The notes under the pieces are model-generated. The model searched no databases. It was not told where the DNA came from and saw only the letters and a list, made by a program, of their open reading frames with translations. Position numbers and translations under genes: made by a program. Shown here piece after piece: positions 23,701-33,572 of a stretch of 64,000 bases of DNA. The stretch's first letter is position 1, and every line of letters starts with the position of its first letter. This DNA comes from Aplysia californica (taxonomy: Eukaryota): assembly GCF_000002075.1 (NCBI RefSeq), contig NW_004797342.1:757062-821061 (forward strand), given 5' to 3'.

Positions 23701-25443
23701 ACAAATCAGAGTGTGTAAATTATTTTTTTTAAACTAGAATATTTGCGCAAAGAAACGGTCCATAAAAAAGTTAAAAGGTCAGTTAAACCTTTTAATCATT
23801 AACTACTAGTTCTTGACATGTCTGTGCTAAAGAAACTTATGCAACTTACCGCTGCTAAACTCTGATTTGAAGCAGCCCCTGAGCCTATCCTCCGTCTCTT
23901 GACCAAGTAACCCTCGGGTAATAAGGAAAAAGTTCGTTTGCTATTCTTTGAACTTTTTTCAACACTCAAACAGCATGGAGATATGGAGAGACACTTCCAA
24001 TCTGGGGAGTAAAGAGGCATTGGATTGATCACACAAGAATGTTAACAGGGTAAAGGAAATGAAAATCTAAGTTAGGGAAAAATTTTGTCTAAAAAAAACC
24101 TTAAGCCATAAGCAAATATGAACACTTATTAAAATCTGTCATACTGTTATTTCGAAAGACCTGGTAAAAGATACCAAAAGTAGACTACTACTACTATCAT
24201 TGTGTCTGCATACACTAAAGCAAAGTTTCAGTTTTTTAAAACTTTTTTAGTTTTAGTAAGGCTTTTTTTTTTTTGTGGAGGGTTTTACGGTGCTCGCAAC
24301 TGTATAAGGTCAAATGAGCACCAAGAGGTGGGTGTCAACAGAGAGGTCCTTACAGGGAATCAGACTTACTCCACTCACCTCTCTAGCCTCAACAGCACAA
24401 AGTCTGTTTCGACTATCAAGGCACCTCGGAAATATCAGGTCACAAAAGTGTGGCAAACATACAAAAGAAGTAGAGGAAAATGACAATAGTAAGGATTAGG
24501 GAAGAAAAAGCAGCAGTTCCCTGTTGTAGATCAGTCACAGTTATGAGCGTGACATGATGAATCAGCCCATTTACAATTCTACTGTGCATGAACGATAAAT
24601 GTCACCCCTTTGGGAACGGCCTCAAGACACTAGTCAGTGGCACTGCCCCGGAGGGTAAAAAGGTTTTACGGCACTCGCAGCTGTATAAGGCCATATGAGC
24701 ACCATGAGGAGGATGTCAACAGAAAAGTCCAAACGGGGAATCAGGCTTACTCTGCTCAGCTCTCTAGCCTCAACAGCACAAAGTCTGCTTCGACTATCAA
24801 GGCACCCACCCCGGAAATAGCAGTTCACAAGAGTGACAAACATGCAAAAGAAGTAGAGGAAAATTGGCGAAAGTAAGTATGAAGAAAGAAAAAGCAACAG
24901 TTCCTCCTATGTTGTTCTGGCACAGTATGAGCATGACATTGATAAATCAGCCCATTTACAATTCTACTGTGCATAATATCATGTTAATATCCCCCCTTTG
25001 GGAATGGCCTAAAGACACTTCAGTCAGTAGCACTGCCCTGGTGGGAGTCAAGCAAAGTCCAACAATAGAACTAAGTCAAATTGTGTTATAATAAATCCCA
25101 CCACAGTAAGAAACAGAGGTGAAAAGTAAGACAGTCATTTTCCCAATCAAATAGCAAAGACTCACTTGTGTTGAGGGCGAGGATAGTAGCCAAGCTACTG
25201 AAAGGTGTGGCTGACAGATCCTGCGTGTGAATATGGATGCCACTAATGTTGAGGCTGCGCAGCTGCACACAGGACAGCAAGAGAGCCTGTAGACCACTGA
25301 TGTCATTGTACGTACACCGCTGCTCTGCATTGGCCTAAGAGGACAGTAGCAAACATGAGCATACATTCAAAAAATTCAAATCATATTAAAGTGATTAGGT
25401 GGTGAAAGGATGAATATGTGTACACAGGAATACGTGTGAATGT

Positions 25444-25487
<44 letters not shown>

Positions 25488-25549
25488 GTGTGTGTGATTG
25501 TGTGTGTGCATGAACAAGTTATCTATGAAGGCAGGATGCATACAATCAG

Positions 25550-25626
<77 letters not shown>

Positions 25627-28600
25627 CTGTGTACAGTATTCATATTTAGGATCTACCATTTTAATTATCAAGTAAAAAATTCAAATATTTTAAAAAACTG
25701 CAGACAAGAGGGATGTTTCAATTCAATGGTTCTGATAATTTTCAGTTTTCATTTGTGAAACCACACCCTTAAAAATAAATTTCTCAGACACACAGTATAA
25801 GGAACAATTTTGATAAGCAGTGAAAAAAATACACTCCAAAACAAAGCTACATGATTTTTTCCTCAAAAACCTATTTTGGAAGGAAGAGTTGAATTCATTA
25901 AAACTTCAAGTGTCTGTACAACACACAAGCAAATAACTTACTGTAGCAGTGGATAGGCATTAACATGAATTAGTGGAAAGGCACTGTAAATTCGTTGAGT
26001 AAACAGAATACTTAAACATATGGGCAATTATACTTCCCAAAAAAAAGTGCAACAGGTAGAACTTCTAAAAAGTTTAACAGGATAGAGGTTCCTTCACCTG
26101 TACAGGGCCTAGCAAGATGTAATTGCAGTTTTGTAGGTTTAAGCTAGTCAACTTGGGACAGGTGTCAGCGAGGAGATGTAGGGTCTTGGATGTCACAGCA
26201 GCATTGTCTGACAGGTTCAAGTACTGTGGAGAGAAACAAGATATTCATTTCATTCATGACCCCTGGATTCTTAGACAAAAAATACAGAAGAACAAAAAGC
26301 CTTTCTGGCAGAGACACAGGGGTAGAAAGTATAGGAAAAACAGGTATTTGTTTTATAATTTCCTTTCCAAAGAGGGTAGAGCTCATCTCTGGTAGAAAAA
26401 GAGGACCAGCCCAGAATACAAAAAAGTTAACATAGAATATCACATGCAAAAACTGATACAAACAAATAAGGCTTCTAATTTGTTTTAAAAATTAAATAGA
26501 CATTTAACTTCATTATGGAAAAGCCAGGGAGTGTCTCTTATTGCAACTTTATCACCTTACCCTCTTTAAATTCTGGAATTGCATATGTCAGCCTTTACTT
26601 CTTAACCTCTTACCTGCAGATTACGAGCTGACTCAAAATGTAACACCTCACTAGGTATCTGGAATGTTGTCCGCGATGGGTCAAAATTGACTAGATCTTC
26701 CATGTTCTGCAAGCATGTTGCATATCCTTCCATACTCCAAAGCTGGTCCACATTCCCCGATGGCTGGAGCAAAGTCCTAAATTTCACAGATAATTTACAC
26801 ACAGCTAGCAAAGTGCCATAGAAAAACATCCTCGCTGCAGGATCCATTGCATCATTCAAGGTCATAACCTTGATATTTTTCAAGTTTTCAGGTTTTAGAA
26901 TTTGAGGCTGAAATATATACTTTGGAATCCCCCTCGCATTGCTGGGAAAACCATACACGTGGAATTCCTCCAAGTTTCTACAGTACTCAAACAATGTGGG
27001 TCCAGAGCAAAAATTTATCACAGGGCGATTTGAGTAGACAAGCTGGTGTCGGAAGTGCAGACTCAGGGATACAAGCCGGGCCAGGCATTCCTGCGCACCA
27101 GGGGAAGCTGACAGCTCCGGATGTAAGTCTCGAATGTCAGACATTGAGAATGACAGACTGGTTAATGACGACAAGCTTGACATGATGTTGCATAAGTTTT
27201 TGATGGAAATCCGCACTTGTATGAGGTGCAATGACGACACATTTTTACAGCTGGAAATTACATCTAGCCCTGACGGTCTGAGCCAGTAGCAAGAATTTAG
27301 ATTCAAAGTTTCGATTTTGTCTTGTACAGGTTTCACATATTGTTGGAATTTATCAGCTGTGAGCCAGTAATTGCGAGCAAAAGATAAGTGCCTGTAAATG
27401 AAACAAAACAAAAATTAACAGCATTGGGTAAAAAAGATTTGGACAGTTCTTGTTCCAGGAGAGTATAATAGATGACATACAAATGATGTCTCAAATTTAA
27501 TCTGGTGCTCACCAATATAAAATGCAAGTATAGAATTTTGTTAAACTTTTCTAGGACAAAAGACATGACAGCAGGTTGAAAGCACACAACAAATAAGGAC
27601 ACATTTCTTTACTTTAATTCTGGTTCTGAAGATTAAGCACTGGGTGCCTTGCTCTATCCATGACTGTCTTTCATTTCCCTGGAAGTGATTATAAGAGCTG
27701 GGGTCCAACAACAGTCACACCAGGGAATATGATTGGCAAAAGTTAATGACACAGTCTTAAGACCAGACTAAGAGTTGTTAAAAATAATCCCTCTGGAGCA
27801 TTTGCAAGCCTTATATATATATATATAAAATACTGAGTTACCATGAGTTACATAAACACAAATTTTATGACTTTTCTAAAAATAGTAGGACATATTATAT
27901 TATAGTGGTTCAAAGGGTGAAAAATATCGCTCATTTCTAAATATATTTTTTTCCATCATTTACTTCCAAATTTAATCTGCTGATCACCTTCTTTTTTTAA
28001 AACAGCTCAAATTATATAACTTTCAACATGGAATATTTTGTGTAAAAGCAAGCTCGTTTGAAACAAGTGAAAATGGTTGAATGGAGGTGTTGTGTCCTGG
28101 ATCATTTCCAGTTTGGGGTCTAAAGAGGTCACACAAAGTAATTTCAGCTGAAATTCTATTGGATGAACAAAAAAGTGACATCAGCACTGATGTTATGTAT
28201 TGCGAAACTCAATTATATTTCTGCGCGCAAACAAAAGTAGACTAATTTGCACACTTGCCCCACTTTGCTTTTGTGCAGATATTCAGGACCCAGGGCGAAG
28301 TAATTACATAAATTGCACAAGATAAGGAATCATGATACACAGGTGCGGGACTGAAAATAAAACGAAGGTGCTCAAACATGCTTATTAAGGCTGCACACGT
28401 GTTTTTAGGTCAAGTGTGGGTTCAGAAAACGTTTTTTGAGTTTTACGAAATTTCCCTTGAAAATTATGGTCTAAATCGATACTCCCAAAGCTCTATTTCA
28501 AAGAGATAGTACAGCTCAATAAAGTTTTTAACATTGTGAGCCAATGCAATGCTTTAAAGCAATTTTGAAATGTTTTTGCTCCTTTCCTAAAAACGTTATC

Positions 28601-31600
28601 TGGGCTTTAAAAGTTTAAAAACTCAAGGAGGGTAAATGCACCGTGCAATTCAAAATAAAATTATAATGCCAGTTTGAGTTTTGAGTTTTTGAAAAAGATC
28701 CTTCAGATAGCCTGGTTTCACTCTAATTTGCCATTTCTGAGAATAAGTAACTGACAATGATTCCCAAAAGTGATTCTTTTCAATCCTTGAATGGAACATC
28801 TTTCCTTTTTTGAGAAAATGAGAAAAAACCCAAGTAATCACTTAATTAGTACAAATTTTGGTACTAAGAAGTAAGTAGAGTCTGGCCTTAAGGTGAAAAT
28901 AAACAGGACCAGTAGGATAGGGTTTTAACATTGTTGTGTACTGTGTATATAATGAGAAGAACTTCCTACTTGCAGTTCATTATACTTGAACCCTATCTCA
29001 AATAGGCCCACAAAAACGGAACAATTACATTTCCACAAAAATCTATCGGATTAAACACTTTCTCATTCTTACCTGGCAAGATAATTGGAGACCTGGGATT
29101 TAAAAGAGATCTATGACCGAGTGTAAAGATCTAAACTCAAAAATCTGTTTATTCTGTAGAAGGTAATTAATTTGCCAATGTTCCATCTGATGCATCTGAT
29201 AAATGAACATTTGTAAGCTTCATTTTTTTTTTTCATATCAAGAACGTTAAAATGAGAATAATATTATAACATAATTCAAAATTTCCAAGTTGCTAGCCGC
29301 CCGATCTGGGGTGGCTAGTGTTTTGCTACACGAACGAATTCGGTCAATTAGCCTGAAGCTTCTGGCCTGAGGGGATTTTTTCGCATGTTCCGTGTTCTGG
29401 CCCCTTCTCTCTCTCTTTCTTTCTCCTCCCCCTACTCTCTCTTTCTCTCTCTGCCCGCAGATAAAACTGTTCACTTTCAGCTCAGCGCTGGAACGTTTGT
29501 TTACACTCGTATCACGGGCCGTCACGCGCTTAAACAAGGTCGTGCCCAAGTTTGGCTAGGACGCGAGATAGGGCAATTGAAACACCTTGGAAGTAGAGAA
29601 TCTTTGATAACATTACAACGCTGCATTTTTATTTTTAGTGTCTTTGTCACCCGCATTCTGATGAATAATAATAAAGAGTGATAGATCTAGTCAACTTGCG
29701 AGGGAAACCCCAGAGAAAGTTGCATTTGAAAATAGCAAAAGTTGCAAAAGCTGCAAGAAAAATTAGCAAAAAAGTTGCGCTGAAGGCATAAGTTGAATGC
29801 GCAAGTTGCGGTTGCAGGCGTGAATTCGTATGAGGACAGAAAAATAAAAGGCGGAAATATGTCATGTATTAGATATTTGGGCCAATCACAGAGGGGTGCT
29901 AGGTGCTGTCTATAGCTTCATGTCGCTCATAAGGTCGCAAGGCCGTGTTTAAGCTGCCTAATACTATATCTGGGTGACCGGCTCAGGGTGGGCAGAAAAA
30001 TGTTGGTCACCCAATGTCGCAGTTCTAAATCCCCACAGGCCCGTAGTGTCAGGCTAATAGACCAAATTTGTGCGAGTAGCAAAACGCTAGCCATCCCAGA
30101 TTGGGCGGCTAGCACCGGCCTTAAAATTGTATGTATGTTTTTTTACAGCCATGTACAGCCAGGTAAAATTTTCCTCTGGGACAATAAAGTGTTTATCTTA
30201 TCTTTAATCTAAATTTCATCTTATCTTAGATCCCAATTAGTCAGTTTTGACCAAATTCGGGGAGTCGTCTGTTTATTTGAACTAAAACAAGAAGGCAATC
30301 ACCCTTCTGTAGAGCTTTACTTTTCAAACCTACTCTGGTACTGGCATTGTAAACAACAGAGTTGCAGGCATTTCCAAAAAAATTTATAAGGCCTCTATAT
30401 ATATATATATATAATTATAATATTATCTTGCATTGATGAAAAACCCCACTGTAGTAGCAAATGCTGTGCATCATTCATTCAGTTCTAATCAAACTTTCCT
30501 GACATCAAACTACTTTGGCCAAGAATTTGTTTATAAACTTTTCCAAAAGTGATCTACGGTGAGGCAAAAGTAGGCCACTAGCCTAGACCTCTTTTTGACT
30601 AAAAGTAACTATAGTACTATTAATCCCAATCAGTTTACATCTTCATTGACCACTCAAAATGTCATTTGCTGTATCACTGCAAGTACACACACATATTATA
30701 TATATATATATATAAACAGGAGAATCAGTTGTAATTAGTTAAATCAACAAGTAAAATCTCTTGCACCAACAAGAACAGAATGTCTTCACCTGAACTAAAA
30801 ATCAATAAAATATTTATAAGCGCTTACATTTTGTGATGACTTTCATCTAAAACTTTCTAAATCTAGGTTAAACCTTGATCTAGTGTATAATACAATGAGA
30901 TTAAAATGTACTATTTCACCATTTATATATCTTGAGCAGTGGTGACAGAGGATCCATTCTTCACTTTTAAGGTTACCTGCTGTGCACTATGAGGCCTCTA
31001 GATTCTATTCACTATTGAATCTTGCACGACTCTCAATATAATTAGTCATTCTCAATCAGAATGAAAGACAAAATATCTTCTTCTCCCCGTTTGTGTACAC
31101 ATCATACATTCATGAATAGCAGGTGTGTAGCATTTTGGATTAATTTTCTTTTCAGTCGGATTTCTGAACAAACATTAAAGCTAGATACAGATCTAGATAA
31201 AATAGATTCCAGATCTGAGAGTTAAAACTACAAAAACAAAACAAGAATCCAGTTGGCCTACCAAACAATTTAGCCTCTATCAATGAGACACTTGCTATAA
31301 AAACGTAGTGACTAAACTATTTCTCCGAACGTTCGGGAAAATAAACTTGAACTCTATTTCTCCAAACGGTTTCCGTTCTCGAGATTTTTTGGTTATTAAA
31401 TATAAATTTGTGAGAGTTCGGCATCATCTTTCATTCTGCAAGGACTGGGAAGAAGCATCGAATTCAATTTCTAGAGCTAAAAATTTTTACTTTTTATGCA
31501 CCCACACACAGATGCATTGATTTGATGGCTAAACTGCCGTAAATTTGCAGTAGAAAACACGAAGGGCACTAAAACCCTGTCCAATTGTTTTGAAGTATCA

Positions 31601-32760
31601 ATCCTAATATAATAGAAGAAAACATCAAATAAATAAATGAAATGCGGGTGGGTGGGGCATGCCCCTCTGACCCCCCCCCCCTCAATTCTTTGTAGGTCAA
31701 GGGGGGGGGGGGGGCATGCCCTGAAACCTTCCATGTTGTTAATTTCAAGTCAAAAAATACTATTTTCAAACGTCAATATTCAATAACTTGATTTACAGGA
31801 AAAATGTAGGTCATTTTATATGATCAGTGTTCAGCATGCAAAATCTACTAGATCTAGATCTAGAAAAAGATCTAGAATCTAGATCTAGATCTAGATCTAG
31901 ATCTAGGTCTAGACTAGATCTAGATCTAGGTCTAGACTAGATCTAGATCTAGATCTAGATCTAGAAATAAAGTATAAAAAACGTACAAGACGGACGCATC
32001 ATGAGTAATAAAAAAACGAATATTCAGATAGGCCTACTTCAATTGTGGTTGGGGTAACGTTCCCGGACTTATATTTCATTTGAAAATGCCTGCAAAAGGT
32101 ACTGCGAGAAAACAAGACTGCTCGACTTTGGCACTAACCTGCATCAGTCACCCCTAACCTAAAGAAAAAACTAAATCACAAAAAAATCCCTACCCCCCGT
32201 TCCCATCTTATAACACACACACACACGGGCCCCTCCATTCGCAAGTAGATCTAACCAAAAAATCTAGAGAACGGAAACCGTTCTGAGAAATAGAGTTGAG
32301 TTTATTTTCCCGAGCGTTCGGAGAAATAAAGCCGCCATAAAAAAGCATAAAAAGAACCGACAATCTAGAAGAGGTGACAGGTCGTCAAGTCATCAGATCT
32401 AAAACTTGAGATTTGGATCCATATTCTAAATCGAATCTAGATCTAGATCTAGATCTATATCTAGATCTAGATTCTAGCTGTTGATCGAAACCATAAGAAT
32501 GTGTGTGTGTAATTGAATCTCATCATCTCGATCGAGTCAGCAGAACGATTGGACCCTACAATGCATGAAATTCGACCCAATATTCAGAAGTCAGGGTATA
32601 CGCACCGTATAAGTGATTTGTCCATGCATATTCCAGCAAGCCTCTTGTTTACATTTCTGAGGTTGAAATAATCTTTTAAATCTAAATTTTTGAATATGCA
32701 CAAAATAACGTCATCTGACAAGCGATCAAACCCCGATTCTTCCTTCTCACTAGCCGCCAT
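16676..32760 (-). CDS. FBXL18: F-box/LRR-repeat protein 18 orthologue, 11 coding exons: join(32606-32760,26614-27391,26098-26223,25166-25334,23850-24001,23344-23588,22337-22425,21159-21312,20463-20598,19963-20045,16676-16835), 748 aa
   Basis: Manual splicing gives a continuous 2247-nt ORF with GT-AG introns and matching phases. It has an N-terminal F-box (LSDDVILCIFKNL...VNKRLAGICMDKSLI) and LRRs. Motifs CYWL, LRDFRLEHPY, LYTGRSLSVCRGLQ and RPAISVCIYPLL...HIDEMTILKS match my recollection of vertebrate FBXL18 (CLDKSLI, GCYWL, LRDLRLEQPY, LFTGESLATCKSLQ, RPALNVVIFPLL...HLDEITLFKS). No database search was run. Confidence 0.93.
17070..18974. mobile_element. Non-autonomous Tc1/mariner-superfamily (pogo/Tigger-like) DNA transposon in FBXL18 intron 10
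   Basis: TA|CAGTATAGCACGGATAGCTCGAA ... TTCGACCTATCCGGGTATATACTG|TA: about 24-bp imperfect TIRs starting CAGT with a TA TSD; contains an N gap; no transposase visible. Confidence 0.8.
19963..20045 (-). CDS. FBXL18: FBXL18 exon 10
   Basis: Acceptor ctctctcaatgtcatcag|; VRSLISFQLYTGRSLSVCRGLQAYLMG; donor CG|GTGAGT; phases fit both neighbours. Confidence 0.85.
20463..20598 (-). CDS. FBXL18: FBXL18 exon 9
   Basis: Acceptor ttcatgttgcag|; LEHPYMKVDEMMLSAMSKCTTLERVCIIAKNGTMDTEGVKDFFEQ; donor CAG|GTAGGC. Confidence 0.92.
20940..21092 (-). mobile_element. Diverged family H element in FBXL18 intron 8
   Basis: ggtcataaaagtgtcgaagattggagg...agagagtaaca matches family H. Confidence 0.6.
21159..21312 (-). 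CDS. FBXL18: FBXL18 exon 8
   Basis: Acceptor gacttttttcag|; VNQGHSLLAIAKGCVSLEQLSIACLGQIAHCLYRGGLLAAFPFFLQLRDF; donor AG|GTAAGA. This frame is not in the ORF track. Confidence 0.9.
21600..22010 (+). mobile_element. Decayed RTE-clade LINE reverse-transcriptase fragment in FBXL18 intron 7
   Basis: Translates to ETIMTNAIEDHDGTVTFDSKTIMNLRFAD* (RTE 'TNLRFADD' catalytic region); disrupted by stops and frameshifts. Confidence 0.65.
22337..22425 (-). CDS. FBXL18: FBXL18 exon 7
   Basis: Acceptor tctttcttttcag|; MFSLTVGDGELLCIGRWKYLRSLQLTSIP; donor G|GTATGT. Confidence 0.9.
22597..23221. mobile_element. Non-autonomous piggyBac-like element in FBXL18 intron 6
   Basis: TTAA|CCCTGGA ... TCTAGGG|TTAA; three subterminal copies of the near-palindrome GCCCTATATAWAGGGC. 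Confidence 0.75.
23344..23588 (-). CDS. FBXL18: FBXL18 exon 6
   Basis: T-rich acceptor ...ttgtatcag|; Ser/Pro-rich linker followed by LEKLVRSCPDMENFELNCSGFRSAF; donor TG|GTAAGT. Confidence 0.9.
23850..24001 (-). CDS. FBXL18: FBXL18 exon 5
   Basis: Acceptor ctttactccccag|; WKCLSISPCCLS...VKRRRIGSG...SLAA with a basic NLS-like cluster; donor GCG|GTAAGT. Confidence 0.9.
24240..25045 (-). repeat. Head-to-tail dimer of a roughly 380-bp retroposon-like unit in FBXL18 intron 4
   Basis: 24281-24655 and 24661-25045 align over their whole length; each ends (minus strand) in a ...TGACC/TGGCCTTATACAG.TGCGAG..CCGTAAAACC tail like that of the Meta-SINE. Confidence 0.8.
25166..25334 (-). CDS. FBXL18: FBXL18 exon 4
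   Basis: Acceptor ctgtcctcttag|; ANAEQRCTYNDISGLQALLLSCVQLRSLNISGIHIH...LALNT; donor A|GTGAGT. Confidence 0.9.
25446..25622. repeat. (TG)n and (TA)n microsatellites
   Basis: Read directly. Comparable (CA)n/(TA)n/(GA)n tracts occur at 5948, 10020, 33384-33572, 42920-43650, 47130-47290, 54848-55190, 56185-56261 and 58774-58847. Confidence 0.95.
26098..26223 (-). CDS. FBXL18: FBXL18 exon 3
   Basis: Acceptor tttctctccacag|; YLNLSDNAAVTSKTLHLLADTCPKLTSLNLQNCNYILLGPVQ (LRR); donor CAG|GTGAAG. An in-frame donor 6 nt upstream is also possible. Confidence 0.88.
26614..27391 (-). CDS. FBXL18: FBXL18 exon 2 (LRRs)
   Basis: Lies within the 269-aa ORF 26602-27411; acceptor tttcatttacag|G, donor CAG|GTAAGA; (R)HLSFARNYW...HFESARNLQ. 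Confidence 0.95.
27761..28887. mobile_element. Putative non-autonomous Kolobok-like element in FBXL18 intron 1
   Basis: TTAA|GACCAGACT ... AGTCTGGCC|TTAA; TTAA TSD and purine-purine termini; TIRs are short. Confidence 0.45.
29291..30120. mobile_element. Foldback-type MITE with about 90-bp imperfect TIRs
   Basis: TGCTAGCCGCCCGATCTGGGGTGGCTAG... is mirrored at 30027-30114; right end ...CCGGCC|TTAA; further internal inverted match near 29525 and 29935. Confidence 0.8.
31318..32328. mobile_element. MITE with about 77-bp near-perfect TIRs, TA at both ends
   Basis: TATTTCTCCGAACGTTCGGGAAAATAAACT...GAGATTTTTTGGTTA (31318-31394) is inverted at 32252-32328 with only a few differences. Confidence 0.85.
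31848..31965. repeat. (TAGATC)n self-complementary hexamer repeat; second tract at 32435-32477
   Basis: Read directly from the sequence. Confidence 0.95.
32606..32760 (-). CDS. FBXL18: FBXL18 exon 1 (start codon and F-box)
   Basis: AAGATGGCG start context; MAASEKEESGFDRLSDDVILCIFKNLDLKDYFNLRNVNKRLAGICMDKSLI; donor CG|GTGCGT, phase 2. Confidence 0.92.
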
Positions 32761-32880
32761 CTTGACTGCAAAAGAAAACAAGAATTACTTCCCCTGTCCC
32801 CTGCCGACAACAAAAAACAACCAGACCACTCACCACACACAAGAGCCTCCCTCCCTCACCTGCGAACTGCTCCCCAAAAT
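32752..32880 (-). promoter_or_regulatory. FBXL18 5' UTR / core promoter region with a YY1-like motif overlapping the start codon
   Basis: CAAGATGGCGGC overlaps the ATG; the sequence upstream is locally GC-richer. The TSS cannot be fixed from sequence. Confidence 0.5.
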
Positions 32881-33329
32881 AGGCCTAATAATAATAATAA
32901 TAATAATAGTAGTAATAGTAATTATATAAATAATAATAGATCGTCCTGAGTTAGTTTATAGTTTATCCTAAAGCAGGCAAACGTGTTACCTGGGAACTGA
33001 AGGCTCTATTGATGCCAAAATAATTTGAGAAAACTTCGTGGCATGGTTTTCACGCTTGCCGTCTTGTTCTCTAATTAATACAAAGTCGAACTTCTGCGAT
33101 ACATATTCGACCTGTATAACATTTTGGCAAGTCTCTCTTTAGGCGAGGGACTAATTCAAATTAATGAGAATGAAGACCAATGCGTGTGCATGGCAAGTAT
33201 AATTATAGTACAACTATCCCAGGAAAGGCTCCTGGGAATGAATCTAAAGAGTTTATTCTAAAGGCCTTACATATAATTATAGGCCTAATATCGTTTTTTA
33301 AACCAAACCATTTTGTTCATCAGTCGGCT

Positions 33330-33382
33330 AGATAAGATACATCATTATTGTCCAGATCCTGGCACATTGATTTGGTGTTTCA

Positions 33383-33449
<67 letters not shown>

Positions 33450-33499
33450 AACAAATATGCACACACAACTGTAATACATACATACGCACATGTGCACAT

Positions 33500-33572
<73 letters not shown>

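Noticed and set aside
29068-29079. CTTACCTGGCA resembling the 5' end of U1 snRNA
   Set aside because: Similarity stops after 11 nt; it is simply the complement of a 5' splice site
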